From: Candidatus Latescibacterota bacterium
Lineage (GTDB): Bacteria > Latescibacterota > UBA2968 > UBA8231
Length of the DNA: 64,000 nucleotides
Direction: 5' to 3'
Assembly: GCA_965203355.1 (NCBI GenBank)
Contig: OZ241889.1
Location: 3,040,001 to 3,104,000, forward strand
Shown here piece by piece: positions 20,601-29,430 of the stretch; within the stretch, counting starts at the first letter, position 1; each line of letters opens with the position of its first letter. Under the pieces are notes generated by a model. It searched no databases. It was not told where the DNA came from and saw only the letters and a list, made by a program, of their open reading frames with translations. Made by a program: the position numbers and the translations under genes.

Positions 20601-20635
20601 AGGGCGAGACGGGCCCGTTCCAATGCGGTGGGCAC
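17606..20635 (-). CDS. glnE: glutamine synthetase adenylyltransferase / deadenylase
   Basis: Two nucleotidyltransferase halves: GKYGGQELNYSSDIDL..RVDMRLRPEG and GKFGGREVDFGSDLDL..VDARLRPEG. Start uncertain; the ORF extends to 20695. Confidence 0.93.
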   Translation of the reverse strand: MPTALERARLALAADAATALDPLARLGFVDPVQALETLDRIGGPPQSAPLPALALAELSATGRPDEGLRQLVRLAAAYGPRSLFSHLEADPILCQRLVQIVSHSTFLADILVRDFEFLLWLLVETPHLVEPLEGRTLRQILHTDIGHVSEFEERLEALRRVHRREFLRIGAAEILGTKPVAQIGKELADLADVVVELALETCQHVLWQEHGRPLDERGRPARFLVVGLGKYGGQELNYSSDIDLIFAWDGEGETQPEGEGTPLENSEFFRRLGQRLVQVLTEVTKEGFFYRVDMRLRPEGASGTLTHSLRASWRYYETRGELWERQMLIKARRVAGSRTLGEQYAAMLRPFIYPAHFRAAPHEEIRRIKERIEASIRDRPRGENNIKLQAGGIRDIEFIVQCLQLLYGGIHPQVRRHNTLAAIDRLAEVVAPKGAVKAALTAAETKALKDAYEFFRRVENLLQIASGRPDYAIPEDAQALRALALAMGYENARAFSGALAGHRLRVRRLFAALFYGDPAAPRAPTWLLEVENGSAAAKADLVERGFVDGAAAHRRLQRLAAMGLLLSGGRARFEALLPELLNSLVAAPDPDQGLLRFTQLVEAYGAPGVLYSLLQEHTGFRTLIIAICGSSRFLADLLRRDPALLDSLVGQVGWDWEAGPVRGDLQAIARMQNKALLRIGADDLMGLATEEETFLRLTELGEEVLQAVYRLAWGPLVRRWGTPRNRPGRAMRFAVLAAGKFGGREVDFGSDLDLFFVYEGDGKTRRGVPNSVFFAEFSQRLIALLAEGGLYSVDARLRPEGASAPMAISLVGYRRYLAQRAATWERMALSRARQVAGDAEFGARVLRAIERFVYSREVDAALVAQMQEMRQRMEPPGQRPMRIDIKRGPGGIVDIEFVAQVLVLKWGYRDRALRLGSTRRALRLLVEQGCLDPPRGRFLLDAYEYLRAVEKGMRLASERASNTLPTGRELEILSRALGAKDVAAFQGEVEVWMRQTRRVFSAVFTELID

Positions 20636-20645
20636 TACCGGAGCT

Positions 20646-20984
20646 TCAGAGGGCGTTTTCGCCGGTTTCGCCGGTGCGGATGCGGATGGCCTCAATCAGT
20701 TCGGAGACAAAGATTTTACCGTCGCCGACCTCGCCGGTGGCAGCCGACTGCATAATGGTCTCCACCGCTTCGTCGAATTGGCCATCGCCAACAGCCAATT
20801 CAATGCGAATCTTGGGCATGAAATCGAGCTGGTACTCGGCACCGCGGTAGATTTCGCTGTGGCCGCGTTGGCGACCGCAGCCGCGCACCTCGCTAACGGA
20901 CATGCCGACGAGGCCAATCGCGGCCAAGGATTGTTTGACCTCGTCGAGTTTGAAGGGCTTGATGAAGGCCACGATGTTTTTCAC
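20646..20984 (-). CDS. glnB: P-II nitrogen regulatory protein
   Basis: 112 aa from a GTG start. IKPFKLDEVK, GRQRGHSEIYRGAEY, GDGKIF. Confidence 0.92.
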   Translation of the reverse strand: MKNIVAFIKPFKLDEVKQSLAAIGLVGMSVSEVRGCGRQRGHSEIYRGAEYQLDFMPKIRIELAVGDGQFDEAVETIMQSAATGEVGDGKIFVSELIEAIRIRTGETGENAL

Positions 20985-20994
20985 GGCATCCCGC

Positions 20995-21618
20995 TCAACG
21001 AGACGAAAAGCGCGGCCTTCGACCATAGCTTATGCCACCGGCCGCGGGCACCGGAGCCACGTCGAGGGGCTTTTGTTGACTGCCGTGGATGGGGCCGATG
21101 CAACTGGCTGGGATATCTTCGGTCAGCACGACTGCGCCGCGCAGAAAAAAGCGACAACCCTTCTCGTGGGCCTGGGCCGCGAGGATCTCCACCACGCAGG
21201 GGGTATCGCGTTGGTGACTGTGCGACTCGGCCGCCTCGCGCGTTAGCGACAGATGCACGTAGTAGCGATCGCCTGGAGAAATGCCCTCGCGGGTAAAGCG
21301 CTGGGCGGCACTGTTAGTCGTGCCCATGTAGAGTCGATCGGGCGGCGGGTCCATAGGCTCGCCGTCCATATCGACGAAAAAACTATGTCCGTATAGCGCG
21401 CGAATGCTGAACTCGTTCAGTTCAAAGCGATACTGCCCCGGGGCTTTGACGAGGCTGACGACATCGGCTTCGGTCACCTCCGGGTAGCGTTCTTGTACTC
21501 CTTGTACTACCTGATCCAACGGCGCATAGCCGTATGCATCAATCTCCAGTCCAAACTCGTCGGGCCGATGCCTGAGCATCAGCGAAAGCAATTTGGAAAT
21601 ACGACTTATATTGGCCAC
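20995..21618 (-). CDS. kptA: RNA 2'-phosphotransferase (KptA/Tpt1 family)
   Basis: SKLLSLMLRH, IRALYGHS, RYYVHLS motifs. Confidence 0.85.
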   Translation of the reverse strand: MANISRISKLLSLMLRHRPDEFGLEIDAYGYAPLDQVVQGVQERYPEVTEADVVSLVKAPGQYRFELNEFSIRALYGHSFFVDMDGEPMDPPPDRLYMGTTNSAAQRFTREGISPGDRYYVHLSLTREAAESHSHQRDTPCVVEILAAQAHEKGCRFFLRGAVVLTEDIPASCIGPIHGSQQKPLDVAPVPAAGGISYGRRPRFSSR

Positions 21619-21646
21619 TGCTCATCGCGTCCTTTCAGCTAAGTTT

Positions 21647-21730
21647 AGTGATCAGTGGTCCGTGATCAGTGATCAGAAACCCCGGCCCCTAGGTGGGGGC
21701 TGGCTACCGACCACTGGCCACGGACCACTG
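21647..21730. repeat. inverted arrays of 7-bp units (intergenic)
   Basis: agtgatc-agtggtc-cgtgatc-agtgatc at 21647-21676 and a reverse-complementary arm ...ccactgg-ccacgga-ccactg at 21704-21730. Confidence 0.55.
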
Positions 21731-21732
21731 CT

Positions 21733-22188
21733 CTATGGATTCCACTGTGCGCGATAAGTTCCAATGGCTTGGGCAACTGCCTCGTCGGACAGGGCGAGGA
21801 TCTGGGCGGCCAGCATGGCTGCATTGCGAGCATTGTCAATACCGACGGTCGCCACCGGGATCCCCGGCGGCATCTGCACGATGGAGTAAAGCGAATCGAC
21901 TCCATTGAGCGCACCCGAGGCAATAGGGACTCCGATGACCGGCAAGGTCGTATGCGCCGCCACCACGCCGGGTAAGGCCGCAGCTAAGCCGGCGCCAGCG
22001 ATGATCACCTTGAGGCCGCGGCCCGCCGCCTCGCTGGCCCAAGCAGCGGTGCGCTCGGGGTTGCGGTGAGCCGAAGATACGATCATTTCGCAACCGAGCC
22101 CAAGCTCTTCGAGCACCGCCACCCCCTTGCGCATGATGTCCTCGTCCGAGGTACTGCCCATGATTACGCCAACGCGAATATCTGCCAT
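21733..22188 (-). CDS. purE: N5-carboxyaminoimidazole ribonucleotide mutase
   Basis: [35 protein letters not shown]. Confidence 0.95.
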   Translation of the reverse strand: MADIRVGVIMGSTSDEDIMRKGVAVLEELGLGCEMIVSSAHRNPERTAAWASEAAGRGLKVIIAGAGLAAALPGVVAAHTTLPVIGVPIASGALNGVDSLYSIVQMPPGIPVATVGIDNARNAAMLAAQILALSDEAVAQAIGTYRAQWNP

Positions 22189-22259
22189 AAAAACGTCCTC
22201 TCTGCGAATCGTATCGCGCACAGGTTAAAATAAGCCAAATCGTCCGCGCGACAACTGCC

Positions 22260-23462
22260 CTAAGAAGCGTTCATTTTGCGGCGCAGGAAGGCGGGAATGT
22301 CCAAGTCGCTAACCGCCGGACGCCCGCGCTCCTGATGTTCCTGGGGAATACTGTAGCCGTTGCGCAGATACGCGGGCTTTTCCAAGTCCAAGGGAGTAAG
22401 CCCATTGCCCCGGCCGAGGAGGACCGGGCCCACAGGATCCGCCTCCACGCCCTGCGGCATCGGCTCCTCTTGCGCGCGGGTCGGCGGCTCGGCCTCGTTG
22501 CTCTTGTGTACGTTGAAGCCCGTGGCGATGACCGTCACGCGAATGTTGTCGGCCAAGTTATCGTCAATTACGGTGCCGAAGATGATCTCGGAATCCGAGC
22601 CGGCTTCCTCGTTGATCAGCGACATGACTTCATTGATCTCGTACAGGGTGAGATTGGAATCACCGGCGATATTGATCAACACGCCCTTGGCACCCGCGAT
22701 CGATACATCCTCCAAAAGCGGGCTGTTGATCGCCTTGCGCGCGGCCTCCAAGGCCCGCTCTTCGCCGCTGTACTCCCCGAGGCCCATAATCGCATCCCCA
22801 CCCTTGGAAATCACCGTGCGCACGTCGTTGAAATCGAGATTGACCATGCCCGGAATCGTAATCAGGTCGGAAATACCACGCGTGGCCTGCATCAGCACTT
22901 CATCGGCCTTGAGAAACGCATCTTGGAGCGTGGTGTCGCGGCCGCAGACTTCTAGCAGGCGCTGGTTTTTGATGGTGATCAGGGTGTCGACTTGGTCCTT
23001 TAGCTCGGCAATCCCGCTCCTGGCGTTCTTCATCCGCGGAGAGCCTTCCATTAGAAAAGGCTCGGTGACAATGCCGACCGTCAGCGCCCCTTGCTCGCGG
23101 GAAATTTCCGCAACCGTGGGCGCGGCGCCCGTACCGGTGCCGCCCCCCATGCCGGCTGTGATGAAGATCAGATCCGAGTCCTGGAGTTGCTTGGAGACCT
23201 TGTCGCGGTCTTCTTCCATAGCTTGCCGGCCCACTTCTGGATTCGCACCGGCACCCAATCCCCGCGTAACGCTGCTGCCAATGCAAATGGGAAAGTCGGC
23301 CCGCGAGGCTTCCAACGCCTGCGCATCCGTGTTGACAGCGACGAATTCGACGCCGTGCATTCCCGACTCGATCATGCGGTTGATGGCATTGCCACCGCTC
23401 CCACCAACGCCGACGACCTTGATGCGCGCCCGATGCTCATTGTCGATAATCCTAATTGCCAT
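22260..23462 (-). CDS. ftsZ: cell division protein FtsZ
   Basis: GVGGSGGNA, GMGGGTGTG, C-terminal LDIPAFLRR. Confidence 0.98.
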   Translation of the reverse strand: MAIRIIDNEHRARIKVVGVGGSGGNAINRMIESGMHGVEFVAVNTDAQALEASRADFPICIGSSVTRGLGAGANPEVGRQAMEEDRDKVSKQLQDSDLIFITAGMGGGTGTGAAPTVAEISREQGALTVGIVTEPFLMEGSPRMKNARSGIAELKDQVDTLITIKNQRLLEVCGRDTTLQDAFLKADEVLMQATRGISDLITIPGMVNLDFNDVRTVISKGGDAIMGLGEYSGEERALEAARKAINSPLLEDVSIAGAKGVLINIAGDSNLTLYEINEVMSLINEEAGSDSEIIFGTVIDDNLADNIRVTVIATGFNVHKSNEAEPPTRAQEEPMPQGVEADPVGPVLLGRGNGLTPLDLEKPAYLRNGYSIPQEHQERGRPAVSDLDIPAFLRRKMNAS

Positions 23463-23498
23463 AATGATGCCTCCTTGATTTTGGGACCAGCACCGCCG

Positions 23499-24671
23499 CT
23501 AGTCCCGTGGTTGTAGCCATTTTTTTACGCGCCCTAACACTGAATCAAAGGGAGCTTCGACCAGTCCCGGGGCTTCTGTTTGGTTTTTGCCCTTCTGTTG
23601 CTCCAGGCCGTACAGGAGCAGACCCAACACCGTAGCATACGATGGGCTCGCGAGCTCGGCGGCCCCCTCAAACCCACTCGGCCCCCCCAAGCGCACTGGC
23701 ATGTTAAAGACCCGCTCGGCCAAGGCCACCGCTCCGGTGATTTGCGCTCCCCCACCCGTGAGGACCAGGCCCGCGCCTAGCGCAGCATGGGGCAACGCAG
23801 TATAGATCTGCTGGCGGGCTAGGGCCAATATCTCTTCCATCCGCGCTTCGACGATAAAGGCCACGGCCTCGCTGGGCGCACCCGCACACTTGACCTGCTC
23901 GGCCTCGGCCCGCGTGGTGTGTAGCCCAACGCCGATGTCGTTGGTCACGTTGTGCCCGCCCAATCCGATGTTGCCCGAGTGGCGCAACCCGTTGCCAACA
24001 AAGACAGCCATATCGGTCGTGCCGCCGCCGATGTCGAGCAGGCAGACGCCCATCTGCCGCTCGTCTTCCGTGAGGACCGCATAGCTCGAAGCAAGCGCAC
24101 CGAGAACGACGCCGCGCACCTCGACGCCCGCCCGGAGAATGCTGTGGCAGATGTTCCGCACGGCGGTAACCGAACTGGTGACCACGTGTACACTGGCCTC
24201 TAGGCGCACTCCATACATACCCACGGGATCGAGAATGCCCCGCTGGCCGTTGACGGCAAACTCTTGGGGCAAAACGTGTAGTACCTCGCGGTCGAACGGC
24301 ACTTTGACCACGCCGGCCACCGAGAGCACCCGGGCGCGATCCTGTGCTCCGATCCATCCGCCTTCGCCGCCGACCGCCACCATGCCCGTGCTGTTGAGGC
24401 TGGAGATGTATTGGCCAGAAATGCCAGCGTACACTGAGTCGATTTCGACCCCAGCCATCAGCTCGGCTTGACGCACGGCCTCGCCAATGGCGTGCACGGT
24501 TTTCTCAGCATCCACAATCGCCCCGCGCTGGATCCCTTCTGAGGGGTGCTGGCCGATGCCAATAATCCGCGGGGGCCGCTCGGCGACCTGCTCGGCAATG
24601 ACGGCGCAGACCTTGGTCGTGCCCAAGTCTAGCCCGGCGATAATGGCGTTGCGCTCCTCGCTCCAGTTCAT
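23499..24671 (-). CDS. ftsA: cell division protein FtsA
   Basis: GLDLGTTK, DIGGGTTD, LTGGGA and a C-terminal amphipathic helix. Confidence 0.95.
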   Translation of the reverse strand: MNWSEERNAIIAGLDLGTTKVCAVIAEQVAERPPRIIGIGQHPSEGIQRGAIVDAEKTVHAIGEAVRQAELMAGVEIDSVYAGISGQYISSLNSTGMVAVGGEGGWIGAQDRARVLSVAGVVKVPFDREVLHVLPQEFAVNGQRGILDPVGMYGVRLEASVHVVTSSVTAVRNICHSILRAGVEVRGVVLGALASSYAVLTEDERQMGVCLLDIGGGTTDMAVFVGNGLRHSGNIGLGGHNVTNDIGVGLHTTRAEAEQVKCAGAPSEAVAFIVEARMEEILALARQQIYTALPHAALGAGLVLTGGGAQITGAVALAERVFNMPVRLGGPSGFEGAAELASPSYATVLGLLLYGLEQQKGKNQTEAPGLVEAPFDSVLGRVKKWLQPRD

Positions 24672-25495
24672 CCCGATTTTGCTTTCTTTTTGCCGACGAC
24701 CATCTGGCCGGCATAGCGCAAGTCGATATAGGCCGGATCGGGATGGCTTTGATGGACGCGCGGCATCAACTCGCGCAAGGTGCGAAGCCGGTGGGCGACC
24801 TCGTTGGCCGGCAAGCGCACTTCGAGTCCGTCACCGGCCATCTGCAAGCGAATGCTCGCCCCGGCCATCGGCTGAATACCGGCTACGTTGCGGCAAAATT
24901 CCGCATCGGCAACCGTGGCTTCCTCCCACCAGCGCAGAATCGCCAAGAGCACCGAGTCCGACACGGCCACGCCCGGCTGCAGCGAACCACCGCGGACGGG
25001 CAGCCCGGATAGGACGGGCAAGTTGCGCGGCCGAGCAACCAACGAGTCGTCCGTGCTGCCTGCCGGAAGCAGGACGCCCTCGGGCGTTATTCCGTAGGTC
25101 TGGCCCAAGTCAATCCAAGCCACTTGGCGATGCTCGACTATCTCGACGGCAATCCGGTCGGGCGGCTTGCGCGTCACGAGAGCTTGCTTGATCCAACACA
25201 TGGCTTCCAGCCGCTGCGCGACCGCGTCCAAGTTGATGGCGAAAATGTTGCTACCAGCCACAAGGCCACTGGCGACGCGTACCTCTTCCCCCCTGAGCCG
25301 CCGCAACCCATCCACCTCAATAGCCTGGAGGCCAAAGTAGGAGGAGCGGCCAAAGTAAGTAGCCGCCTGATAGGCCGCCAAGGTGCTGCCCGTGGCCAAG
25401 ATCAAGAGCGCGATCCAAGGCCAGCGGGTCTTAGATCGACCCTGTTTGCCCACAGTTAGCGGCTTCTTGCGCGCTTTGGTCTTTTGGCGTTTCAC
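24668..25495 (-). CDS. ftsQ: cell division protein FtsQ/DivIB
   Basis: GTG overlaps the murC stop. Basic N-terminus, one TM helix, POTRA region and YIDLRY at the C-terminus. Confidence 0.88.
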   Translation of the reverse strand: MKRQKTKARKKPLTVGKQGRSKTRWPWIALLILATGSTLAAYQAATYFGRSSYFGLQAIEVDGLRRLRGEEVRVASGLVAGSNIFAINLDAVAQRLEAMCWIKQALVTRKPPDRIAVEIVEHRQVAWIDLGQTYGITPEGVLLPAGSTDDSLVARPRNLPVLSGLPVRGGSLQPGVAVSDSVLLAILRWWEEATVADAEFCRNVAGIQPMAGASIRLQMAGDGLEVRLPANEVAHRLRTLRELMPRVHQSHPDPAYIDLRYAGQMVVGKKKAKSG

Positions 25496-26880
25496 GAGTG
25501 TTCTCCAGCGGCCAAAGCCGCGCTCAACTCCGCCGCGGCCTCGCCAATGTCGCCAGCCCCCATAACCAGCACCAAGTCGCCTCGACGACAGATACCCACC
25601 AAATGGGCCACGAGTTGCTCGCGGTCCGGGCAGTACGCCACGGTTTTGTACCCGCTGGTGCACAAGGCGTTCGCGATCAGTTCGGAGTCCACCCCGGGCA
25701 GCGGGGCTTCCCGCGCAGCATAGACCGCCGCCAGCACCACGTAGTCAGCCACCGCTAGCGCGCGGGCAAAGGCCGCCGCCAAGTCGCGGGTGCGCGAGTA
25801 TAGGTGGGGCTGGAAGACCGCTACGACTCGGCGACCGCTCTGCCGCGCCGCCGCCAAGGCCACCGCTAATTCAGCCGGATGATGGGCGTAGTCGTCCACG
25901 ACCAGCACCCCAGCGAATTCTCCCTTGCGCTGAAAGCGCCGATCGACGCCGCCAAACTGCTCTAAAGCGTCGGCGATTACGGCAAACTCCACCTGTAGCG
26001 CACAAGTCAGCGCGGCGGCTCCTGCGGCATTGCGGACATTGTGTACGCCGTGAACCTGCAACTCGATCTCGCCCAGCTTTTGCCCGTCGAAACACAGGGC
26101 AAACCGGCTGCCCCAAGCCCGCTCTTCGAGCTCGGCGATCCGGTAGTCGTTGTCGTCGGCCATACCATAGGTCTGATGGGGACGCTGCAAGTCGGCCAGC
26201 ACCCGCTCCCCGACCAGCCCATCCCCGGCCAGCACACTGCGACCACAGAAGGGCAGCCGGGCGAGAAATTGGCCGAAAGCCCGTTCAAGGCCCGCTAGAC
26301 TCCCGTAGTAATCGAGGTGTTCAGCGTCTATACTCGTCACGAGGGCCAAGCTCGGATACAAGTGCAAGAAGCCGCCAGCAAACTCATCGGCCTCCACTAC
26401 AAAGACCTCGCCACTCCCGGCCGCGGCCTGCGGTCGCCCGTTGATCCAACCCCCGACCAAGACCTGGGGATCGAGGCCAGCGCGGCGCAAGATCGCCGCG
26501 GCCATTGAAGCAGTCGTCGTCTTACCGTGCGTACCGGCTACGGCGAGGGTCAAGGGTGCGCGGGACAATTCTCCCAGCACCTCGGCCCGGCTCGCCGTGG
26601 GAATGCCCTCGTGCGCGGCAGCCTGCCGCTCGGGATTGTCAGCCGCTACAGCGGCCGAATACACCACTAGGTCCACGCCTTGGACGAGTTGGCTATCGTG
26701 CCCCACCGCGACGGCAAATCCCTCTTGGCGCAGCAGCGCGACACTGGGCGAGTCGGCCTGATCCGAGCCGCTTACCACGCAGCCTTTGGCCGCGAGCAGC
26801 CGGGCCAAGCCTTCCATGCCCGCTCCACCGATGCCGACGAGGTGGACGCGGCGATATTGGTCCAAGAGCGTCTTCATCAT
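25492..26880 (-). CDS. murC: UDP-N-acetylmuramate--L-alanine ligase
   Basis: GIGGAGM, GTHGKTTT, EADE, DDYAHHP, FQPHLYSRT. Confidence 0.96.
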   Translation of the reverse strand: MMKTLLDQYRRVHLVGIGGAGMEGLARLLAAKGCVVSGSDQADSPSVALLRQEGFAVAVGHDSQLVQGVDLVVYSAAVAADNPERQAAAHEGIPTASRAEVLGELSRAPLTLAVAGTHGKTTTASMAAAILRRAGLDPQVLVGGWINGRPQAAAGSGEVFVVEADEFAGGFLHLYPSLALVTSIDAEHLDYYGSLAGLERAFGQFLARLPFCGRSVLAGDGLVGERVLADLQRPHQTYGMADDNDYRIAELEERAWGSRFALCFDGQKLGEIELQVHGVHNVRNAAGAAALTCALQVEFAVIADALEQFGGVDRRFQRKGEFAGVLVVDDYAHHPAELAVALAAARQSGRRVVAVFQPHLYSRTRDLAAAFARALAVADYVVLAAVYAAREAPLPGVDSELIANALCTSGYKTVAYCPDREQLVAHLVGICRRGDLVLVMGAGDIGEAAAELSAALAAGEHS

Positions 26881-27998
26881 GGCCAATGCACCAAACCCTC
26901 TTGATGTCGAGGTGCCGCGCGGGCGACCCCCAACAAGATGCCCACGCCGGCCATATTCCCGATCAGCGACGAGCCTCCATAGCTAACAAAGGGCAGTGGC
27001 AAGCCGGTGGTGGGTAGTAGCCCGATGACCACGCCGATGTTCAGCAGGGCGTATATCGAGATCATCGCCGTAATGCCGCTGGCAACCAAAAAGCCGTACG
27101 TATCACCAGCGCGGGTCCCAATGCGCACTCCGTAAAACGAGAGAGCCGCGAAAAGTCCCAAGACGGCCAAGGTCCCCACAAGCCCCATTTCCTCACCGAT
27201 GACTGAGAACACAAAATCCGTGTGCGGCTCGGGCAGGTATTGCTCTTTTTGCATGCTATTGCCCAAACCCACCCCCAAAAGGCCGCCATTGCCCATGCCG
27301 TAGAGCGACTGCAAAACTTGATAGGAGCCAGCCGGGTCGCGCTCTGGGTCGATAAAGCTGACCAAGCGCCGCATCTGATAGCTCGAATGCATCAGGGAAA
27401 ACCCAATGCCCAACAGCGCGAGCAACCCAGCCCCGGCCAAGTGGTACAAGCGCATTCCGCCGACCCACAGCATGAGCAAGGCAATCAGCCCCAGCGCAAT
27501 AGCCGTCCCCAAGTCGGGCTGCAATACGACGAGCACGAGGGCAAAACCGACGACCAACAAACGGGGCATAAACCCGCGACTAAAGTCGTGTAACTCGTCG
27601 TGCTTGCGCACCAAGACATCGGCCAAGTAGAGCACCAGCGCCAGCTTGGCAAACTCGGCCGGCTGAAAGGCCAAAGCCCCGCCCCACGCCGGAACGCTCA
27701 ACCAGCGCTGCGCTGCGCCGTGGCCCCACGCCGAGACCAGCAAGAGCAACAAGAGTGCCAACAGCATGATCGGCCGCGAAAGCCGCGCCCACCAATGCAA
27801 AGGCATCCGCGAGAACGCCAGCATGAGCACCAAGCCGATGAAGACGCGGATGGCATGCCTTTTGAGGAAGAGACTGGAGTCGCCAAAGCGCACGTTAGCC
27901 AAAACAGAGCTAGCGCTATAGACCATGACCAAGCCCAAGCCTACCAGCGTCAGGCAAATCAGCAACACCAACATGCTGTCGCGCTGCACAGCTATCAT
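26877..27998 (-). CDS. ftsW: SEDS peptidoglycan glycosyltransferase FtsW
   Basis: FQPAEFAK, QPDLGT, LPEPHTDF, GLPLPFVSYGGSS. Confidence 0.95.
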   Translation of the reverse strand: MIAVQRDSMLVLLICLTLVGLGLVMVYSASSVLANVRFGDSSLFLKRHAIRVFIGLVLMLAFSRMPLHWWARLSRPIMLLALLLLLLVSAWGHGAAQRWLSVPAWGGALAFQPAEFAKLALVLYLADVLVRKHDELHDFSRGFMPRLLVVGFALVLVVLQPDLGTAIALGLIALLMLWVGGMRLYHLAGAGLLALLGIGFSLMHSSYQMRRLVSFIDPERDPAGSYQVLQSLYGMGNGGLLGVGLGNSMQKEQYLPEPHTDFVFSVIGEEMGLVGTLAVLGLFAALSFYGVRIGTRAGDTYGFLVASGITAMISIYALLNIGVVIGLLPTTGLPLPFVSYGGSSLIGNMAGVGILLGVARAAPRHQEGLVHWP

Positions 27999-28053
27999 CA
28001 GCGTATGGAACTCTGGGGTGTTAGGGAGCGCGAGAGTGCTCGGTGGGAGCGAG

Positions 28054-29430
28054 CTAGCTCAACTGCTGCATAATGCGCTCGACGACTCGGTCAAAGGTCA
28101 TGGCCCGAGAGGCCTTGACTAAGACTACGTCGCCGCGGCGCAGTTGCGCCGCCGCGAATTCGCCGAGTTGTTCGGGCTGCTCAAAGTGCCGAGCCGCGTC
28201 TTGGGCCATGCCAGCCGCACGGGCGGCGGCCACCAAAGGTGCGCTTTCGCGGCCGGCCGCCAAGACGACATCGGCGCACTTGGCCGCCTTCTCGCCGACA
28301 ACCGCGTGCAACCGACCGCTCGCCGCGCCGAGCTCTAGCATGTCGCCGAGCACGGCGATTTTTCGCGCCCCAGGCACATCGACGAGGAGGTCGAGCGCGG
28401 CCAACACCGAGCCGGGACTGGCATTGTAGCAATCGTCGATTACTGCGATCCCATTTTTGCGCACGATCTCGCCGCGCTGTTGCACCGCCTCAAACTCGGC
28501 GAGCGCACGCTGGATCCCAGCCCAAGGCACACCGAGGATGCGGCCGACCGCGGCCGCTGCCAAGGCATTGTACGCGTTGTGCCGCCCTGGAATATTGAGA
28601 TCAATGGGAACATGGTGTAGAAGGAAGTGGCCGCAGCTCTTCTGGTCGAGGACGAGCCTCTCCCCACGAAACTCGCTCTCACGCACAAAACCGAAGGTCA
28701 GGAGTCTCCCCTTTGTCCTCTTTACCTCCTGAGCCACGACACGGTCGTCGGCGTTGACGAGAGCCGTTAAAGGCTCGTCCAAATAATCCAGAAGTTCCCC
28801 TTTGGCCTTGGCCACTCCTTCTACAGACCCAAAAAATTCTAGGTGTGCCGTCCCGATATTGAGCAAAACCCCAATAGTAGGTTCGGCCACCGAACACAAG
28901 TAGCGAATGTCTCCTATCCGCCGCGCTGCCAGTTCCAAAACCACGGCCTCGTGGCTCGGCGACAGTTGCAGCAAAGTGCGGGGCACCCCAATCTCGTTGT
29001 TTTCACTGCCGATAGTTTTCAAAACGCGGTACTGCTGCCCCAAGACAGCGGCGATCATTTCCTTAGTCGTCGTCTTGCCCGCGCTGCCGACGACGGCCAC
29101 CACCGGTACCGTCCAGTGCCGCCGATACGCGCGCGCCATGTCGCCCAGCGCTTGCAGCGTCGAGTCAACCGCCAACAGCGGCCCAGGGGCGGTCCGTTCC
29201 AATCCTGGCCAGTGGCGTTCCACCAAGGCTGCACACGCACCGCCGGCAAAGGCGGCCTCGACGAAATCGTGCCCGTCGAAGCGCGCGCCACGCAACGCGA
29301 CGAACAGCGCACCCTTGTCGATAGACCGGCTGTCGGTCGCCACCGCTTGCAGGGCGCAATCCGGCTGGAGGCTCCCAACCGGGTCGGCAGCCGTCCACTC
29401 CATCATCTCGCTCAGGGTCACAGCGCGCAT
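28054..29430 (-). CDS. murF: UDP-MurNAc-tripeptide--D-Ala-D-Ala ligase
   Basis: TDSR, GSAGKTTTKE, NNEIGVP, DDCYNASP, GDMLELG, KASR. Confidence 0.95.
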   Translation of the reverse strand: MRAVTLSEMMEWTAADPVGSLQPDCALQAVATDSRSIDKGALFVALRGARFDGHDFVEAAFAGGACAALVERHWPGLERTAPGPLLAVDSTLQALGDMARAYRRHWTVPVVAVVGSAGKTTTKEMIAAVLGQQYRVLKTIGSENNEIGVPRTLLQLSPSHEAVVLELAARRIGDIRYLCSVAEPTIGVLLNIGTAHLEFFGSVEGVAKAKGELLDYLDEPLTALVNADDRVVAQEVKRTKGRLLTFGFVRESEFRGERLVLDQKSCGHFLLHHVPIDLNIPGRHNAYNALAAAAVGRILGVPWAGIQRALAEFEAVQQRGEIVRKNGIAVIDDCYNASPGSVLAALDLLVDVPGARKIAVLGDMLELGAASGRLHAVVGEKAAKCADVVLAAGRESAPLVAAARAAGMAQDAARHFEQPEQLGEFAAAQLRRGDVVLVKASRAMTFDRVVERIMQQLS

